64,000 nt of DNA. Source: a virus (taxonomy: Duplodnaviria > Caudoviricetes). The notes beneath the pieces are model-generated. The model saw only the letters and a list, made by a program, of their open reading frames with translations, searched no databases and was not told where the DNA came from. Shown here one piece after another: positions 16,731-27,919 of this stretch (within the stretch, counting starts at the first letter, position 1; each line of letters begins with the position of its first letter). The stretch spans positions 288,001 to 352,000 of the IMG/VR virus record IMGVR_UViG_3300015615_000196, one strand, 5' to 3'. A program made the position numbers and the translations under genes.

Positions 16731-17532
16731 TATCGTCACGGTCGATCTCCGCACCCTTATCAATCAATACGGAGATTTGGCTTACAACGTTATCCATTTC
16801 ATCATACGACTCGTAGATTTTGTCAATGATGAATTTCATTTCATCATCACGTCTTTGACCATTGAGTTCAAGAATAAGGATATTCATCAAGCCTTTCAAT
16901 CGGCTCAATGGCGCATTGAGTAGATGTGAATTTATGAAGCCGTATTCAATGAACTTTTCGTTTTTCTTTTTGATGATTTCTTGAAGTTGTTCGTTGTGAA
17001 CTTTGATTCTATCAGCATACTCGTTGAGTTTCTTCAAGTCTTCATTTCTCTTGCTCGATATGTAGGCAATACTGATTACCTGAGAAACATCACTACCAAA
17101 TTTTACATCTTCCTTTGTCCAGCTATAGTGCTTACCAGTCTTACCAAAGAATACCATACCGTATTGTACTCCATCTACGTAGATGGGGATTTGAAGTATT
17201 GACTTGATATTCTCTTTGTCAAAGTGTTCGTAGAATTCGTAAGTGAACTGACTGTTGTAAACATCGTTGGCCACAATGACACGCTTTTCAAGTAGTGCTT
17301 TTGTGTATGAGGGATACTGATCTAAATCAAAAGAGAAGTTGCAATCGAAATCGAAAGACTTTTCCTGATACTTAAATTGGCAGCTTAAAAAATGCTCGTG
17401 GAATTTCCATACCGTTAAACGGTTGATTTTCATTCCATCGAATGCAATTTTCGAGATTTCGATCAGCGACTGCTTAAATCCTAAATTCTGTACTTTCCTG
17501 CTGAGTTCTAAAAAAATATTTTCGCTGACCAT
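16720..17532 (-). CDS. GAF + HisKA protein lacking a HATPase domain
   Basis: GAF-like region (IVANDV, SILQIPI), coiled coil, H-box SHLLNAPLSRLKGL, then the protein ends. Confidence 0.75.
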   Translation of the reverse strand: MVSENIFLELSRKVQNLGFKQSLIEISKIAFDGMKINRLTVWKFHEHFLSCQFKYQEKSFDFDCNFSFDLDQYPSYTKALLEKRVIVANDVYNSQFTYEFYEHFDKENIKSILQIPIYVDGVQYGMVFFGKTGKHYSWTKEDVKFGSDVSQVISIAYISSKRNEDLKKLNEYADRIKVHNEQLQEIIKKKNEKFIEYGFINSHLLNAPLSRLKGLMNILILELNGQRRDDEMKFIIDKIYESYDEMDNVVSQISVLIDKGAEIDRDDITL

Positions 17533-17677
17533 TGTGACTTTCTTTCACTGATAAATACACTTTTTGGCCCAATTGCCAGACTATTTTCATGATAACTTAA
17601 TTAAATTTTGAACTTTTTTCAGTAGATTTGTGGTTATGGAAATGTATTTATCAGTGGAAGAAAATTCCACGAGACCT

Positions 17678-18073
17678 ATGTTTTTAGAACCTCAAGAATT
17701 GAGGATTGGCAACTATATCAACTACGAAAATACTACACACGTAGTAGCTGAACTTCACAAAGAGAAAATCATCCATTTCTGGATCAATTCTGGTCACGAT
17801 GGTTACGTCACCACATACAATCAAGTACAGGCTATCCCTCTCACAACGAGAGAGATTCTCGATTTTGGATTCGAAGAAGACTTTGATCGAGTAAAGTATT
17901 TCGAAGGATACTTCGATAATAACGGTATGTGTATCGAACACGATGGAGATAATTTTTGGTTGTGCCAGCATCGTGATGAAGATGAAGTAGTAAGAATCGC
18001 AGTAGTTGATGATGTACACGAATTGCAGAATTTGTACTACCACATCACAGGAAAAGAACTGACCTACAGCTAA
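17678..18073 (+). CDS. hypothetical phage protein
   Basis: ELRIGN...IPLT...VHELQNLYY..TGKEL pattern typical of Bacteroidota phages. Confidence 0.75.
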   Translation: MFLEPQELRIGNYINYENTTHVVAELHKEKIIHFWINSGHDGYVTTYNQVQAIPLTTREILDFGFEEDFDRVKYFEGYFDNNGMCIEHDGDNFWLCQHRDEDEVVRIAVVDDVHELQNLYYHITGKELTYS

Positions 18074-18312
18074 TGGTTTACACTGATCGAGTTCATATGA
18101 TCGCAACTACGATTGAAGAACTGCATGAGTTTGCAGGAAGCATTGGACTGAAAAGATGTTACTACCGAAACCCAAGAAAGAAACGTCACCCTCATTACGA
18201 CTTGATGAATGAACGCATCCGAACAGCAGCAATCGAACACGGTGCAAAATTGGTAACAGATCGTACCATTGTAACATTGTGTCGCAAATTTTACGGGGAA
18301 AGGCTCCTGTAA
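18073..18312 (+). CDS. DUF4031-like protein
   Basis: HMIA...ELHEFA..IGL, HYDL, A...GA. Confidence 0.75.
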   Translation: MVYTDRVHMIATTIEELHEFAGSIGLKRCYYRNPRKKRHPHYDLMNERIRTAAIEHGAKLVTDRTIVTLCRKFYGERLL

Positions 18313-18388
18313 AATAGGAAATACGATTATTTATGATAAATTTGTTGTGCCTGAGCAGTCAGGATTAACCTTATTTAAGTTTTCGACC

Positions 18389-18619
18389 ATGAGTCGTTCA
18401 AGAAAAAAGGAAGCAGTCTATAAAGACCCATCCAACACCAAAGGCAAGAGATTTGCCAATAGAAAATTCAGACGTAGAATCAAGCAAGCCGTTCACAATG
18501 AAGACGAAACCATGCCTGTCATTGATGAAGTAATGAATCAATACGACCTTGTTGATTTCAAATTCAGAGCGGTGAAGGAACGTGATAAGGAGTACTACGA
18601 TAAGGTGAAAAGAAAATGA
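18389..18619 (+). CDS. small basic protein
   Basis: MSRSRKK...KRFANRKFRR. Confidence 0.65.
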   Translation: MSRSRKKEAVYKDPSNTKGKRFANRKFRRRIKQAVHNEDETMPVIDEVMNQYDLVDFKFRAVKERDKEYYDKVKRK

Positions 18620-19452
18620 AGGAAAAACTAAAGCTGTGGTATGAGAAGATAGTGCGACTTTATGATAGTGCGATTGTTCTAAACGCCACACTATTCATAA
18701 TTCTTTCTACTATCGTATTCGGTTTTAGTTACCAGTACTTTCACAACAACCCAACCGAATTTTTTGAAGAGTTTCTTTTCGCATCCTATGGTATGATTCT
18801 CGACATTGCAGTAATTGGTATATTGATTACTTGGATTACGGAGAGAAGAGAAAAGAAGTATCGCATTCAGTCATATATGAATGAGATCGATGACTTTAGA
18901 AGTTGGGTATCAGAAGAATCGATGTTTCGAACCGTAGGTAACATCAAAAGATTAAATAAGAATTCGATCACCGAAATGAATCTCGTGGATTGTACACTCC
19001 GTAACATCAACCTGAACTATGCAGACCTTACGTCATCTAATTTAAATTCTGCTGATATTTCTAATTCAACATTGATCGGAGTCAGACTGAACAATTGCAG
19101 AATGAACCAGACTAACTTTGAAAATAGTAACCTTAATCAGGCAGAACTCAAGAGTGCGTTTGCAACAGGTTCTAATTTTAAAGACAGTTATTTGATCAAG
19201 TCTGATTTTAGCAAAGCGTATTTGATCAAAGCAAATTTTGAAAACGCATTCTTGATTGAGGCAAATATGAACGGAGCAATTGTCTCCGATGCAACATTCA
19301 AAAATGCAAGTCTATACAAAGCTGATTTAAGAAATGCTGTTGGCCTTAAAGCCGAACAACTCATAAATGCCAAGAGTCTGTATTTAACTAAACTTGATCC
19401 AGAAATTGAGGTAGAATTAAAAAGGGTAGCCCCTCATTTACAAAATGCTTAA
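18616..19452 (+). CDS. membrane-anchored pentapeptide repeat protein
   Basis: 2 N-terminal TMs followed by A(D/N)(L/F)xx repeats. Confidence 0.88.
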   Translation: MKEKLKLWYEKIVRLYDSAIVLNATLFIILSTIVFGFSYQYFHNNPTEFFEEFLFASYGMILDIAVIGILITWITERREKKYRIQSYMNEIDDFRSWVSEESMFRTVGNIKRLNKNSITEMNLVDCTLRNINLNYADLTSSNLNSADISNSTLIGVRLNNCRMNQTNFENSNLNQAELKSAFATGSNFKDSYLIKSDFSKAYLIKANFENAFLIEANMNGAIVSDATFKNASLYKADLRNAVGLKAEQLINAKSLYLTKLDPEIEVELKRVAPHLQNA

Positions 19453-20011
19453 AATTGAAGTAGGAGATTATCGAATGATTGATTTGGCAATGATGATCGC
19501 CACATCACAAATTTCAAGACGTGTGATACACGAAGGGTTTGAATACGAAGTGAAAGACATCATCAGTAGAATCATGGGATTCGATGAAAAAACAAAAAAT
19601 CCGATATGGATTGACGGAAAATTTTATGTACTGGCGAGAGTAAACCCTAACGACATAACACCAGTTATCGTTTACATGCATGAAACGCCATATAAACAAC
19701 AATATCTCAACGGGTGATTACAGCATCAAAGATATTATTGCCCTGCTGCTTAATTGGCAATTCCGTCTTGGTGATTCCATCGAAACATCGTCTCAATGGA
19801 ATGGGATTACAGTGAAATACCGTGCAACGCTGGCAGCATATGACGAACGTACTGCCTGTTTGAAAATCACTGAGAAGATACGAATAGACGAAAACGGGCA
19901 GGTTTCAAAAGAAGTTTACAAAGACGAGTACACAAATCTGCCCATTGAGTATCTGGAATTCTTTAAGCATGTGTTCTGAGGCCATGCTGAGTATTTATAG
20001 CGTAGAAGGCA

Positions 20012-20311
20012 ATGAAAATTACTCACCCCGATTTTATAAAAAATGGTTACTATTCCATTTTGGACATTCAGGAATATTTACTAAGTTTGAAACTTAAAGA
20101 GGCGAGACATAAGCTGGAAATGGACGAGAAAAGCGTTCCGGTGACAGCATATATCGACCACACGCTTACGGCCTTTAGAGAACTTTTGAAAATGATCGAC
20201 AAGTCTCAATTGCCGTTGGTGTACCGCGAAATAGAAAAAGCGATAGCACAAATTGAGGAATTGAAGCATCCCAAAGCTAATGCAAAAAAGAATAGAAATT
20301 CTACATGGTGA
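20012..20311 (+). CDS. hypothetical protein
   Basis: ORF preceded by GTATTTATA. Confidence 0.6.
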   Translation: MKITHPDFIKNGYYSILDIQEYLLSLKLKEARHKLEMDEKSVPVTAYIDHTLTAFRELLKMIDKSQLPLVYREIEKAIAQIEELKHPKANAKKNRNSTW

Positions 20312-20454
20312 TTTTGGAACGGTCAGGAACGAACTTGGCCAACTCGTAAACAATGAAGTAGAAGAAATTATTTCACTAACCCATAGCACCAGTTCCAACA
20401 ATACGAACTCATTCATCACAATCGTGATTATCTTTATACCTAAACAAGAAGAGG

Positions 20455-20847
20455 ATGAAAAACAATAATGCACTTGTAAACATTGGACTTGCTCAACTGG
20501 CAAAAGAAAAGGGCTTCGATGAAATTTGTGATGCCGGATATTGTTTCGACACTACGAAACAAGCCTACTACACAAACTACGATCCTGATTATTTCAAGAA
20601 CAGTTTGTTGTGGGAGAAGCACACGGCAGCACCAACTCGTGAGCAATTACAGACTTGGTTGCGTGAGAGAAACGTGATCGTCACTGTTGAAGTAGATCGC
20701 ACCTACGAACCAAAGTTCGTCTACAGTGTGGATGTCTACAAAGATGGTGGCAATTGGGACAAAGAACTCAACAAGTACTCTGACTTGTACTACAAGTACG
20801 AACAGGCACTTGAAGATGGATTACAAGAGGGTTTAAGTAAACTATGA
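20455..20847 (+). CDS. hypothetical phage protein
   Basis: LAKEKGF...APT..LQTWLRE...YEQALEDGL pattern. Confidence 0.75.
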   Translation: MKNNNALVNIGLAQLAKEKGFDEICDAGYCFDTTKQAYYTNYDPDYFKNSLLWEKHTAAPTREQLQTWLRERNVIVTVEVDRTYEPKFVYSVDVYKDGGNWDKELNKYSDLYYKYEQALEDGLQEGLSKL

Positions 20848-21554
20848 AAATCATTTCTCAGTTCAAGGACTTTTACGATTTTGTTGTCACTGAAACCGAC
20901 AACAGAAAAGTTTTTGTCCGTGCAACAAAAGATGTTGTCTTCACGAAAGAAGAACAAAAGAAAAACCCATCGAGAACTATCCTTTCTCCTATTCCAAGAG
21001 AGAAGGTTTCTCAATTAGATAGAAGAGACTATATCGCACATTTCGATCATGGTCACGTCAGTGTTGTTGCATTCTGCAATAAGCTACACACATATCTACA
21101 GTACAAGAATTTGATCTATTGGAGATACGAAGACATACCAGCAGACGTATTAAAGGATTTGGAACCATACGGACGTAGTAGATGGGAGACCAGTGATGAA
21201 GACTACGAGAAGTATAGCTGGTATCACAATCCGTTGAAGGATATTCTTCGCTACAAGAAAATTGATTGGGTGAGAGATCGTCATACCAAAGAGCCATACG
21301 AAACCAAACTCAACAAAGCATTTAACGCTCCTGTTCTCATTGTAAAGGACGGAACGCTTGATCACATTACGCTCAATCCAAGATTGACTGACATTGGCTT
21401 CAATCGTATCCTTACACCTACCGAAGCATATCAGGACATCTACAATTGGATTCCGTACAACGAACCAGAAGTACCTTCTTCGCCAACGGACTTGAGCCGT
21501 TACGAAGCAAAAGGATTTGACAAGAAGACCTCATTTAGACCAAAGATGAAATGA
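20844..21554 (+). CDS. hypothetical phage protein
   Basis: MKIIS.FKDFYD...GFDKKTSFR pattern. Confidence 0.75.
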   Translation: MKIISQFKDFYDFVVTETDNRKVFVRATKDVVFTKEEQKKNPSRTILSPIPREKVSQLDRRDYIAHFDHGHVSVVAFCNKLHTYLQYKNLIYWRYEDIPADVLKDLEPYGRSRWETSDEDYEKYSWYHNPLKDILRYKKIDWVRDRHTKEPYETKLNKAFNAPVLIVKDGTLDHITLNPRLTDIGFNRILTPTEAYQDIYNWIPYNEPEVPSSPTDLSRYEAKGFDKKTSFRPKMK

Positions 21555-22662
21555 GAATTCTTTTTGATGAAGAAAGAAAACGACCATTGAAAGTTGTCAA
21601 TCGAAAAGGTCATTTCTCCATGCGAGACATAGGAGAATGGATCAAGGCCATTTCGAGTATCAACAGAGAATTCAATGGTGATGCGTACCAAAATACGAAT
21701 GAAGAGATTATTTATGGCTATGGAAATGGTGATATGGTTTATCGTTTTGAATTGGAAGAACGAATTAATAACCTACCACCAGAATTGAAGGCACGTTATT
21801 CAAAACCGATCAATAAGAACTACTATAAAACTTTCACTTTAAAATGACACTGTTCCTTAGAAACAAAAACAACCGATCAATCGTAGACATTGACATCTAC
21901 GTTAAAACAGAAGAAGGTCGCAAGTTCGTTGAATTAAACAGTAGTGTGATTATCGACACCTACTCTGACTTCTTGATGAACAACCTCAACAATGCCAACG
22001 AGATCATAGATACATTCACGTACATTTCTGATTTGCGTGGTTGGCTTTGGGAAAGCTATTTCGCTGGTGAAGAAAACGATCCAGAAAGACTTCAAGACGT
22101 AATCAAGGAAGTTAAATCTTTCTTGAAGGGCGTTGCAACAAAATACGAACTTTATTACGTAGAGGATTGAAACCAGTCCACTACACCATGCGCAACTTGG
22201 AAGAGATCATTCGAAGGGGCGCAAACGTCAATAGAATCAAGGTTGGCGACATTTTGTATTTACGTCTTGATTTCTTAAATTTGAAGATTGAAGAAGAGAT
22301 TGAGGTTGTGGATATTCAGGACGGCAAGTACTTTATCAAGACCTTGAGAGCATTCAAGCGAATTGATGAACGAACACGGTTGATTATTCCAGATGCCTAT
22401 ATCCAGTTTTTTACGTTGAATGACGTGGATGATACTATCTTCAAAACACCGAAATACCTATGAGCGAACTAAAGTGGAAAAGCATGGAAACGAAGGTTTG
22501 GGGATTTCATTTAGACCCTGAGCCGGAAGTAATTTATGTAATCGAAGGTTGCAGTGCTGGCAACTACATTGTCGTTCACGAAGACGCATTCGGATATTCA
22601 ACGGGTCAAACCGAAATCATGACCAAAGAAGCAGTCGAAGAAAAATACGGAATCAAACTACA

Positions 22663-23022
22663 ATGAAAGCATCAGATGTAAAATTTAAGGTGTGGGATAA
22701 GGAAGAAAAGAAATTTGTTCGTCAGGTCGAAATAGACCGCATCCCCACTCAAAACACTCGTTACGGTTTTAAACTGAAAAGCGTTTTTGAATTGTTCCTT
22801 TACACTGGTGAGAAAGACACTGGTGGAAAAGAGATTTATGATGGTGATATTCTCGAAGTATCATTGCATCCACACATTTCACAACATATTGTGAAGTTTG
22901 AAAATGGTGCTTATGGTGTTTACGAAGACAACACATTTAAAGTACTCGGTAAATTTCTTGGGTACTACAATGGATTGGACGGCACGATCACTGTCGTTGG
23001 ACACGTTAAAAAACTAAAATGA
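22663..23022 (+). CDS. YopX-family protein
   Basis: KFKVWD...YTGEKD..GKEIYDGDI. Confidence 0.8.
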   Translation: MKASDVKFKVWDKEEKKFVRQVEIDRIPTQNTRYGFKLKSVFELFLYTGEKDTGGKEIYDGDILEVSLHPHISQHIVKFENGAYGVYEDNTFKVLGKFLGYYNGLDGTITVVGHVKKLK

Positions 23023-23471
23023 AAGTATACTTAGCTGGCGCAATTACTGGACAAAGTGAAGGTAGTGCAAAGGGTTGGAGAGAAGCAGTCACTGAACGTT
23101 TGAAAGACGTTGGAATCACTGGTTACTCACCAATGAGAGGAACGGCATACGTTTCAGGAACACAAGGTCTTACTGAAAAGGAAAAGACAAAGTTCTTCGG
23201 ACAAAACATTGACTCCATCGTTGGTATCAATGTGAGGGACTACAACGACTGCAAGACTTCGGATGCGATTCTTGTTAACCTGCTTCCTGCCACAAAGGTA
23301 TCAATTGGTACTGTGATGGAAATTGCATGGGCAAGAGCATTTCAAATTCCAGTGGTAATTGTAATGAACGAAGAAAATGTTCATCGTCATGGTATGCTTA
23401 TGCATGGTAATATTGTAGTCGATAACCTTGACGAAGGTGTTGCTTCAATCATTCAACTTTTAAAACCATAA
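23019..23471 (+). CDS. nucleoside 2-deoxyribosyltransferase-like protein
   Basis: VYLAGAITG..WR, RD..D...SD, SIGTVMEIAWA. Confidence 0.8.
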   Translation: MKVYLAGAITGQSEGSAKGWREAVTERLKDVGITGYSPMRGTAYVSGTQGLTEKEKTKFFGQNIDSIVGINVRDYNDCKTSDAILVNLLPATKVSIGTVMEIAWARAFQIPVVIVMNEENVHRHGMLMHGNIVVDNLDEGVASIIQLLKP

Positions 23472-23473
23472 CT

Positions 23474-24229
23474 ATGTGGGATAAAACATTAAAACAGAAT
23501 ACAGAAGGATTCGCGAATCAAGTCTATGACATATTGGAACGCATTGGCGGTGCTGTGCCAAACCAACGTATTCCTTTTGTCTATGAACATCTTGAATCGG
23601 AGTATCCGTGCAGAGAATGGAGATTCATGGGAAAACTTGGTGTTGGTGGAAAATACAGGGCACAACGTAATCGCGTAGATTATTACCATGAAGATGAAAC
23701 TCCTGAAATGGTTCTGGTGACGGATGCTATAAATGAAGCACTCACGAAACTTGAGCGCAAGCATATCGTCTATGTTGACATGGATGGTGTAGTTGCCGAT
23801 TTCAATGCAGAGATCATTAAAGTTCATCCTACTATCTTCGAACATGAAGATGGTGACTACAGAGGAAAGGTCATTGATGAAATCTGTGAAGCAGACGTAA
23901 ACATTTTTCAACGTCTCAAACCAATTCCCGGAGCAGTTGAAGCAATCGACAAGTTGAAAGATTACTATGAGATTTTCTTCTTATCAACTCCGATGTGGAA
24001 TGTTCCTCATTCGTTCACTGACAAGAGATTGTGGATTGAGCAATACTTCGGTGAAGTCGGAAAGAAGCGTTTGATTCTCACCCATCATAAAGACCTCAAC
24101 GTAGGTGAATATTTGATCGATGACAGATTGAAGAACGGTGCAGAGAAGTTCACAGGCAAGCATCTACACTTTGGCACACAGTCATTTCCTGACTGGAAAT
24201 CGGTAGAAGAATACCTGCTACCAAAATAA
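23474..24229 (+). CDS. 5'(3')-deoxyribonucleotidase (NT5C, HAD) with N-terminal extension
   Basis: YVDMDGVVADF, DKRLWI, LIDDR. Confidence 0.85.
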   Translation: MWDKTLKQNTEGFANQVYDILERIGGAVPNQRIPFVYEHLESEYPCREWRFMGKLGVGGKYRAQRNRVDYYHEDETPEMVLVTDAINEALTKLERKHIVYVDMDGVVADFNAEIIKVHPTIFEHEDGDYRGKVIDEICEADVNIFQRLKPIPGAVEAIDKLKDYYEIFFLSTPMWNVPHSFTDKRLWIEQYFGEVGKKRLILTHHKDLNVGEYLIDDRLKNGAEKFTGKHLHFGTQSFPDWKSVEEYLLPK

Positions 24230-24252
24230 CCTTTTTACGAAATCTACGTATA
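24228..24252 (+). promoter_or_regulatory. phage promoter AACCTT-N13-CGTATA
   Basis: motif match. Confidence 0.75.
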
Positions 24253-24259
24253 AGGAAGA

Positions 24260-24505
24260 ATGGAAGTGTATCGACCCAAATTCAACACTGTCTTCGCAGA
24301 ACAAATATCGCGTCAGAAATTGACGAATGGCAGCATTCGCAATATTGACCGGGATAATATCGTTGTCTGGTCTGACCATGCAATTGTCACCACCACAAAA
24401 GAGAAGGTGAAGGCAAATCTTGGCGACTGGATAGTGAGACATGCTGACGGTGAGATTTGGGTCTTCACTAATGAAATGTTTCACTTTTTATACAAACACA
24501 TTTAA
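24260..24505 (+). CDS. PGDYG-like small protein
   Basis: ANLGDWIV...GE.W.....F...Y. Confidence 0.55.
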   Translation: MEVYRPKFNTVFAEQISRQKLTNGSIRNIDRDNIVVWSDHAIVTTTKEKVKANLGDWIVRHADGEIWVFTNEMFHFLYKHI

Positions 24506-24508
24506 CTT

Positions 24509-25084
24509 ATGGCAAATCTAATTATCTTCGGTTCAATTTGGTTTTGGATTCTGACAGTTGTCAGTGTTGGCATTATTTGGAATTCACTCGAACGTGCATT
24601 GAATAGCACAGAAGACGATGGTGGTGGTATCTTTGCCACGATCATCCTGATCGCATTCGGAGTCCTCTATTACTTTTTCGGTTCCAAAGAACACGTTGAA
24701 TCGATTTTTCAATTCATCATTCACAATTCCGGTACGATCATTGGTATTATTGGAGGTTATCTTGTGGCCGGAGTTATTTGGTCAATCGTGAAATGGTTCT
24801 TTTTCCTTCACGATGCAAAAGACAAATTCTTAAAGAACGTATCACAATATCCGAACACATACAAGATGTCGGAGATTACCAAGCACATTCCTACAGCTTC
24901 CGATAACAAGTTTCGTATTCTCACTTGGATGTATCTGTGGGTCTTTTCTGCAACGTGGACACTTATTGATCAACCGATCAAACGTACTTTCCGTTTCATC
25001 TACAACAAACTGGAATCTACCTACGATAAGATGGCGGTTAAAATCTTTGGCGACCTGACCAATGAAGATCAGAAACAAGCATAG
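24509..25084 (+). CDS. multi-pass membrane protein
   Basis: several TM segments; ends in TAG. Confidence 0.75.
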   Translation: MANLIIFGSIWFWILTVVSVGIIWNSLERALNSTEDDGGGIFATIILIAFGVLYYFFGSKEHVESIFQFIIHNSGTIIGIIGGYLVAGVIWSIVKWFFFLHDAKDKFLKNVSQYPNTYKMSEITKHIPTASDNKFRILTWMYLWVFSATWTLIDQPIKRTFRFIYNKLESTYDKMAVKIFGDLTNEDQKQA

Positions 25085-25826
25085 CAACTTCGTTGACCCG
25101 AAGCGTTTGAATCTCGACAACGTTGAGGTTTACAAAGACACTTTGCTCAAGGCAACGCAGTACCCAATCGGTGAGACATTCAAGCACGACTATCGCGAGT
25201 ACAAGACAAACGTACTTGAACAAAGACGTGGTGAAGTCTTCGTAGAGAACATTGATTCAGTTGGTGCATTGATCAAATACAACGAAGCACCTACTTGTCT
25301 CCTGAATATGGCATCTGCCAAAACTCAAGGTGGTGGTGTTGCTTACGGTTCCAAAGCACAGGAAGAAGCACTCTTCCGTTGCTCGAACTTGGGGCTTTCA
25401 ATTTCGTCTGCACACTATCCGTTGGGTGACGAGAAGTTTTTGTACACGGTCGATGCCGTGTTCTTCAAAGATAAAGACTACAACGATCTCCCTGATGGTC
25501 ATGAAGCAGACGTAATCACTTGTGCTGCAATCAAAATTGTGGACGGTGTGAAGGAAGCGAACTACGAAGAACTGACCAACAAGAAGATTTATTCTATTCT
25601 CACATATCCTGCTTTCAGAGCAGAGAATCTTGTGGTAGGTGCGTGGGGTTGTGGAGTGTATAAGAACGATCCGGTATTTATAGCAAACACGTTCAAGAAG
25701 CATTTGATTACTTTGCGACACCTGTACGACAAAGTGATCTTTGCAGTCATCAATGACGAGAACAGTGTGGGCAATAATTACCAGATATTCAAATCCATTC
25801 TGGAAGATGGAACGCTTAAAGATTGA
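25062..25826 (+). CDS. TIGR02452/DUF2263 bacterial-type PARG macrodomain
   Basis: LNMASA..GGG...GSKAQEEALFR, GAWGCGVYKN. Confidence 0.85.
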   Translation: MKIRNKHSNFVDPKRLNLDNVEVYKDTLLKATQYPIGETFKHDYREYKTNVLEQRRGEVFVENIDSVGALIKYNEAPTCLLNMASAKTQGGGVAYGSKAQEEALFRCSNLGLSISSAHYPLGDEKFLYTVDAVFFKDKDYNDLPDGHEADVITCAAIKIVDGVKEANYEELTNKKIYSILTYPAFRAENLVVGAWGCGVYKNDPVFIANTFKKHLITLRHLYDKVIFAVINDENSVGNNYQIFKSILEDGTLKD

Positions 25827-25994
25827 GGACATACTTCTCCCCGGAGCAAAGATGGAAGTCGAGAAAATTGACTTCGATGACCCAAAGAATGCCCATATAA
25901 AAGCACTGTTTGAGGACACCCGTAAACGACAAGAAGAACTCCTGAAATTGAAGGAAATCGATCCGTCCATATGGGATTTACGCATCACAATCTA

Positions 25995-26019
25995 AACCTT
26001 TTGGCTTATTTTCCGTACA
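25995..26019 (+). promoter_or_regulatory. phage promoter AACCTT-N13-CGTACA
   Basis: motif match. Confidence 0.7.
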
Positions 26020-26026
26020 AGACCGT

Positions 26027-26542
26027 ATGGACACGCTCGTAATACATCCATTTGACCCTACAACTGCGTTTTTAAGCACAATTTACGCAGACATGAAGTG
26101 GACTGTCCTTTCGGAGAACGTGTCTAAAAAGGTGCTTAAAGAGCAAATAAAGGCTCACCAGAGAATCATCCTTATGGGACACGGTTCCAACATGGGATTG
26201 TTCGGACACGGTAGGCTTTTCATCGACTCAAAACTTGTTTACCTTTTGAGAGAGAAGGAGTGCATCTGTATCTGGTGTAACGCCAATGAATTTGTATCGA
26301 GATACGAATTGAAAGGCTTCTACACTGGTATGATAATTTCTGATTTCGAAGAAGCATTGCTATACTGCATAAAGTGTACGGCAGACGATATTGATTCTTC
26401 GAATCGTTTGTTTGCTGAGATTGTTCGTGCAGCTATTTTCACGGAGAACTGTGAAGCAATGGCGAGTATGATCAAGAAGTTATACCATAGGGATGATAAC
26501 CCTGTGATTTTATTCAACAAAGAAAACATCTTCAACACATGA
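26027..26542 (+). CDS. hypothetical protein (GHG..WC, possible caspase/CHAT-like fold)
   Basis: MGHGS and IWCNA motifs. Confidence 0.55.
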   Translation: MDTLVIHPFDPTTAFLSTIYADMKWTVLSENVSKKVLKEQIKAHQRIILMGHGSNMGLFGHGRLFIDSKLVYLLREKECICIWCNANEFVSRYELKGFYTGMIISDFEEALLYCIKCTADDIDSSNRLFAEIVRAAIFTENCEAMASMIKKLYHRDDNPVILFNKENIFNT

Positions 26543-27919
26543 GTGTTTGTAAAATAAAAGAGAGAGAAGGCAGGTGCGATCTACGTACTGTCATCGTAAT
26601 TGAAGGAGGTATGAGTGATGACGTTGTACGTTGGTGTGCATACTGTGGTGCGGTTGTTGTAGATACTGATGTTGACGGGAGAGTCCATCCGGGCAAAGTA
26701 CGCCCGATGGTCTTTCCTGAAATCGCAAAGAAAAAACAAGATGGCGAATAGCGAAAAGAAAGGAGTGTCCTACAAGGACATTAAACCTACTGCTGGACTT
26801 CCGGTAAGCCAAGAGGAATACAATCGGTTTCTCGAAGTCTATCACTCGATTCGTCCTTATCTTGAACGCGAGTTACAAGTCACGAAGGAACAACTCTTGA
26901 AAGAGTTTCCTGATCGTAAGCAAATGGTTGAAGATGTTTGGACTTGCGTTGTTGATATGAAAATGAAATGGCCACATGAAATGGTCGGAACTGTTTTTAA
27001 CGTATGATAGAAATTTTAAAACACCCTATTTTTATCGGAGTCATGTCCTTCTGTGCTGGCTTCTTACTTTGCTATTCGTTTGTCTTGATTGACAAGAGAA
27101 GGGAACAAAGAGATAAACGGTTCAACAAGAAAGGGACAAATCATTACGTAAAGATTCCGGGACACAATAATCCGATCCCAATTTGTGTCAATGAGCAAAT
27201 CAATCGTGGTCATGAATTCGTATTGGATAGAATTGCGTATATTGTGGCAAGTATCCAACATAAGAAGACTGGTGAAGTAATATTTCACCTTAGACATCAA
27301 GTACTATGAGAGAAGCGATCAAAACATTTTTCAAACAACTTTTCTGCAAGCACGATTATCGACTGGATAATCCTGACGAAGTGTTTCCTGAGCCACCGAA
27401 GAACGGTTGGATTAGTTTCACTCGTGGACACACTTGTTCCAAATGCAGTAAGAAAACGATTCTCGGAAGCGGGATAATAATGTGATGAAATACGAATTGA
27501 AATACGACCAGCCTACCGAAGTCACTGAGAAGCAGTACAACGAAGCACGTAAACGCTTCGGTGGTATTATTGCCCATCGTAAAGATGAAGAGACTGGCAA
27601 GTACTATATTAAACTCTGGTTGACAAAATACAGAGCACTTGTTCAGGAATGTTTAATTCAAAACGAAGAGAAATGAAAAAGTTCATCGTAAGACCGTTGA
27701 GCAATTCACAGGGCTTCAACATGAAGCACATGAGTTCCGAGTATGAAGTCACTGAGTTGAGTTGGAGGAACGTCTTCAACCCCGAACACAAACCTACCTT
27801 TTGGGGTGGGATTGAAGCAGTGAGTAAACACGCTGCTCTTGCAGGGTTTCATTACTTTGCATGGAACGGATGGGTCTATGAAACTGGTGGTGACCGCACC
27901 GATGTAAAAACCGAAACAC

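Noticed and set aside
25398-25988. Long antisense ORFs (e.g. 25398-25988, 50072-50596, 62359-62985)
   Set aside because: Shadow frames of well-supported sense genes
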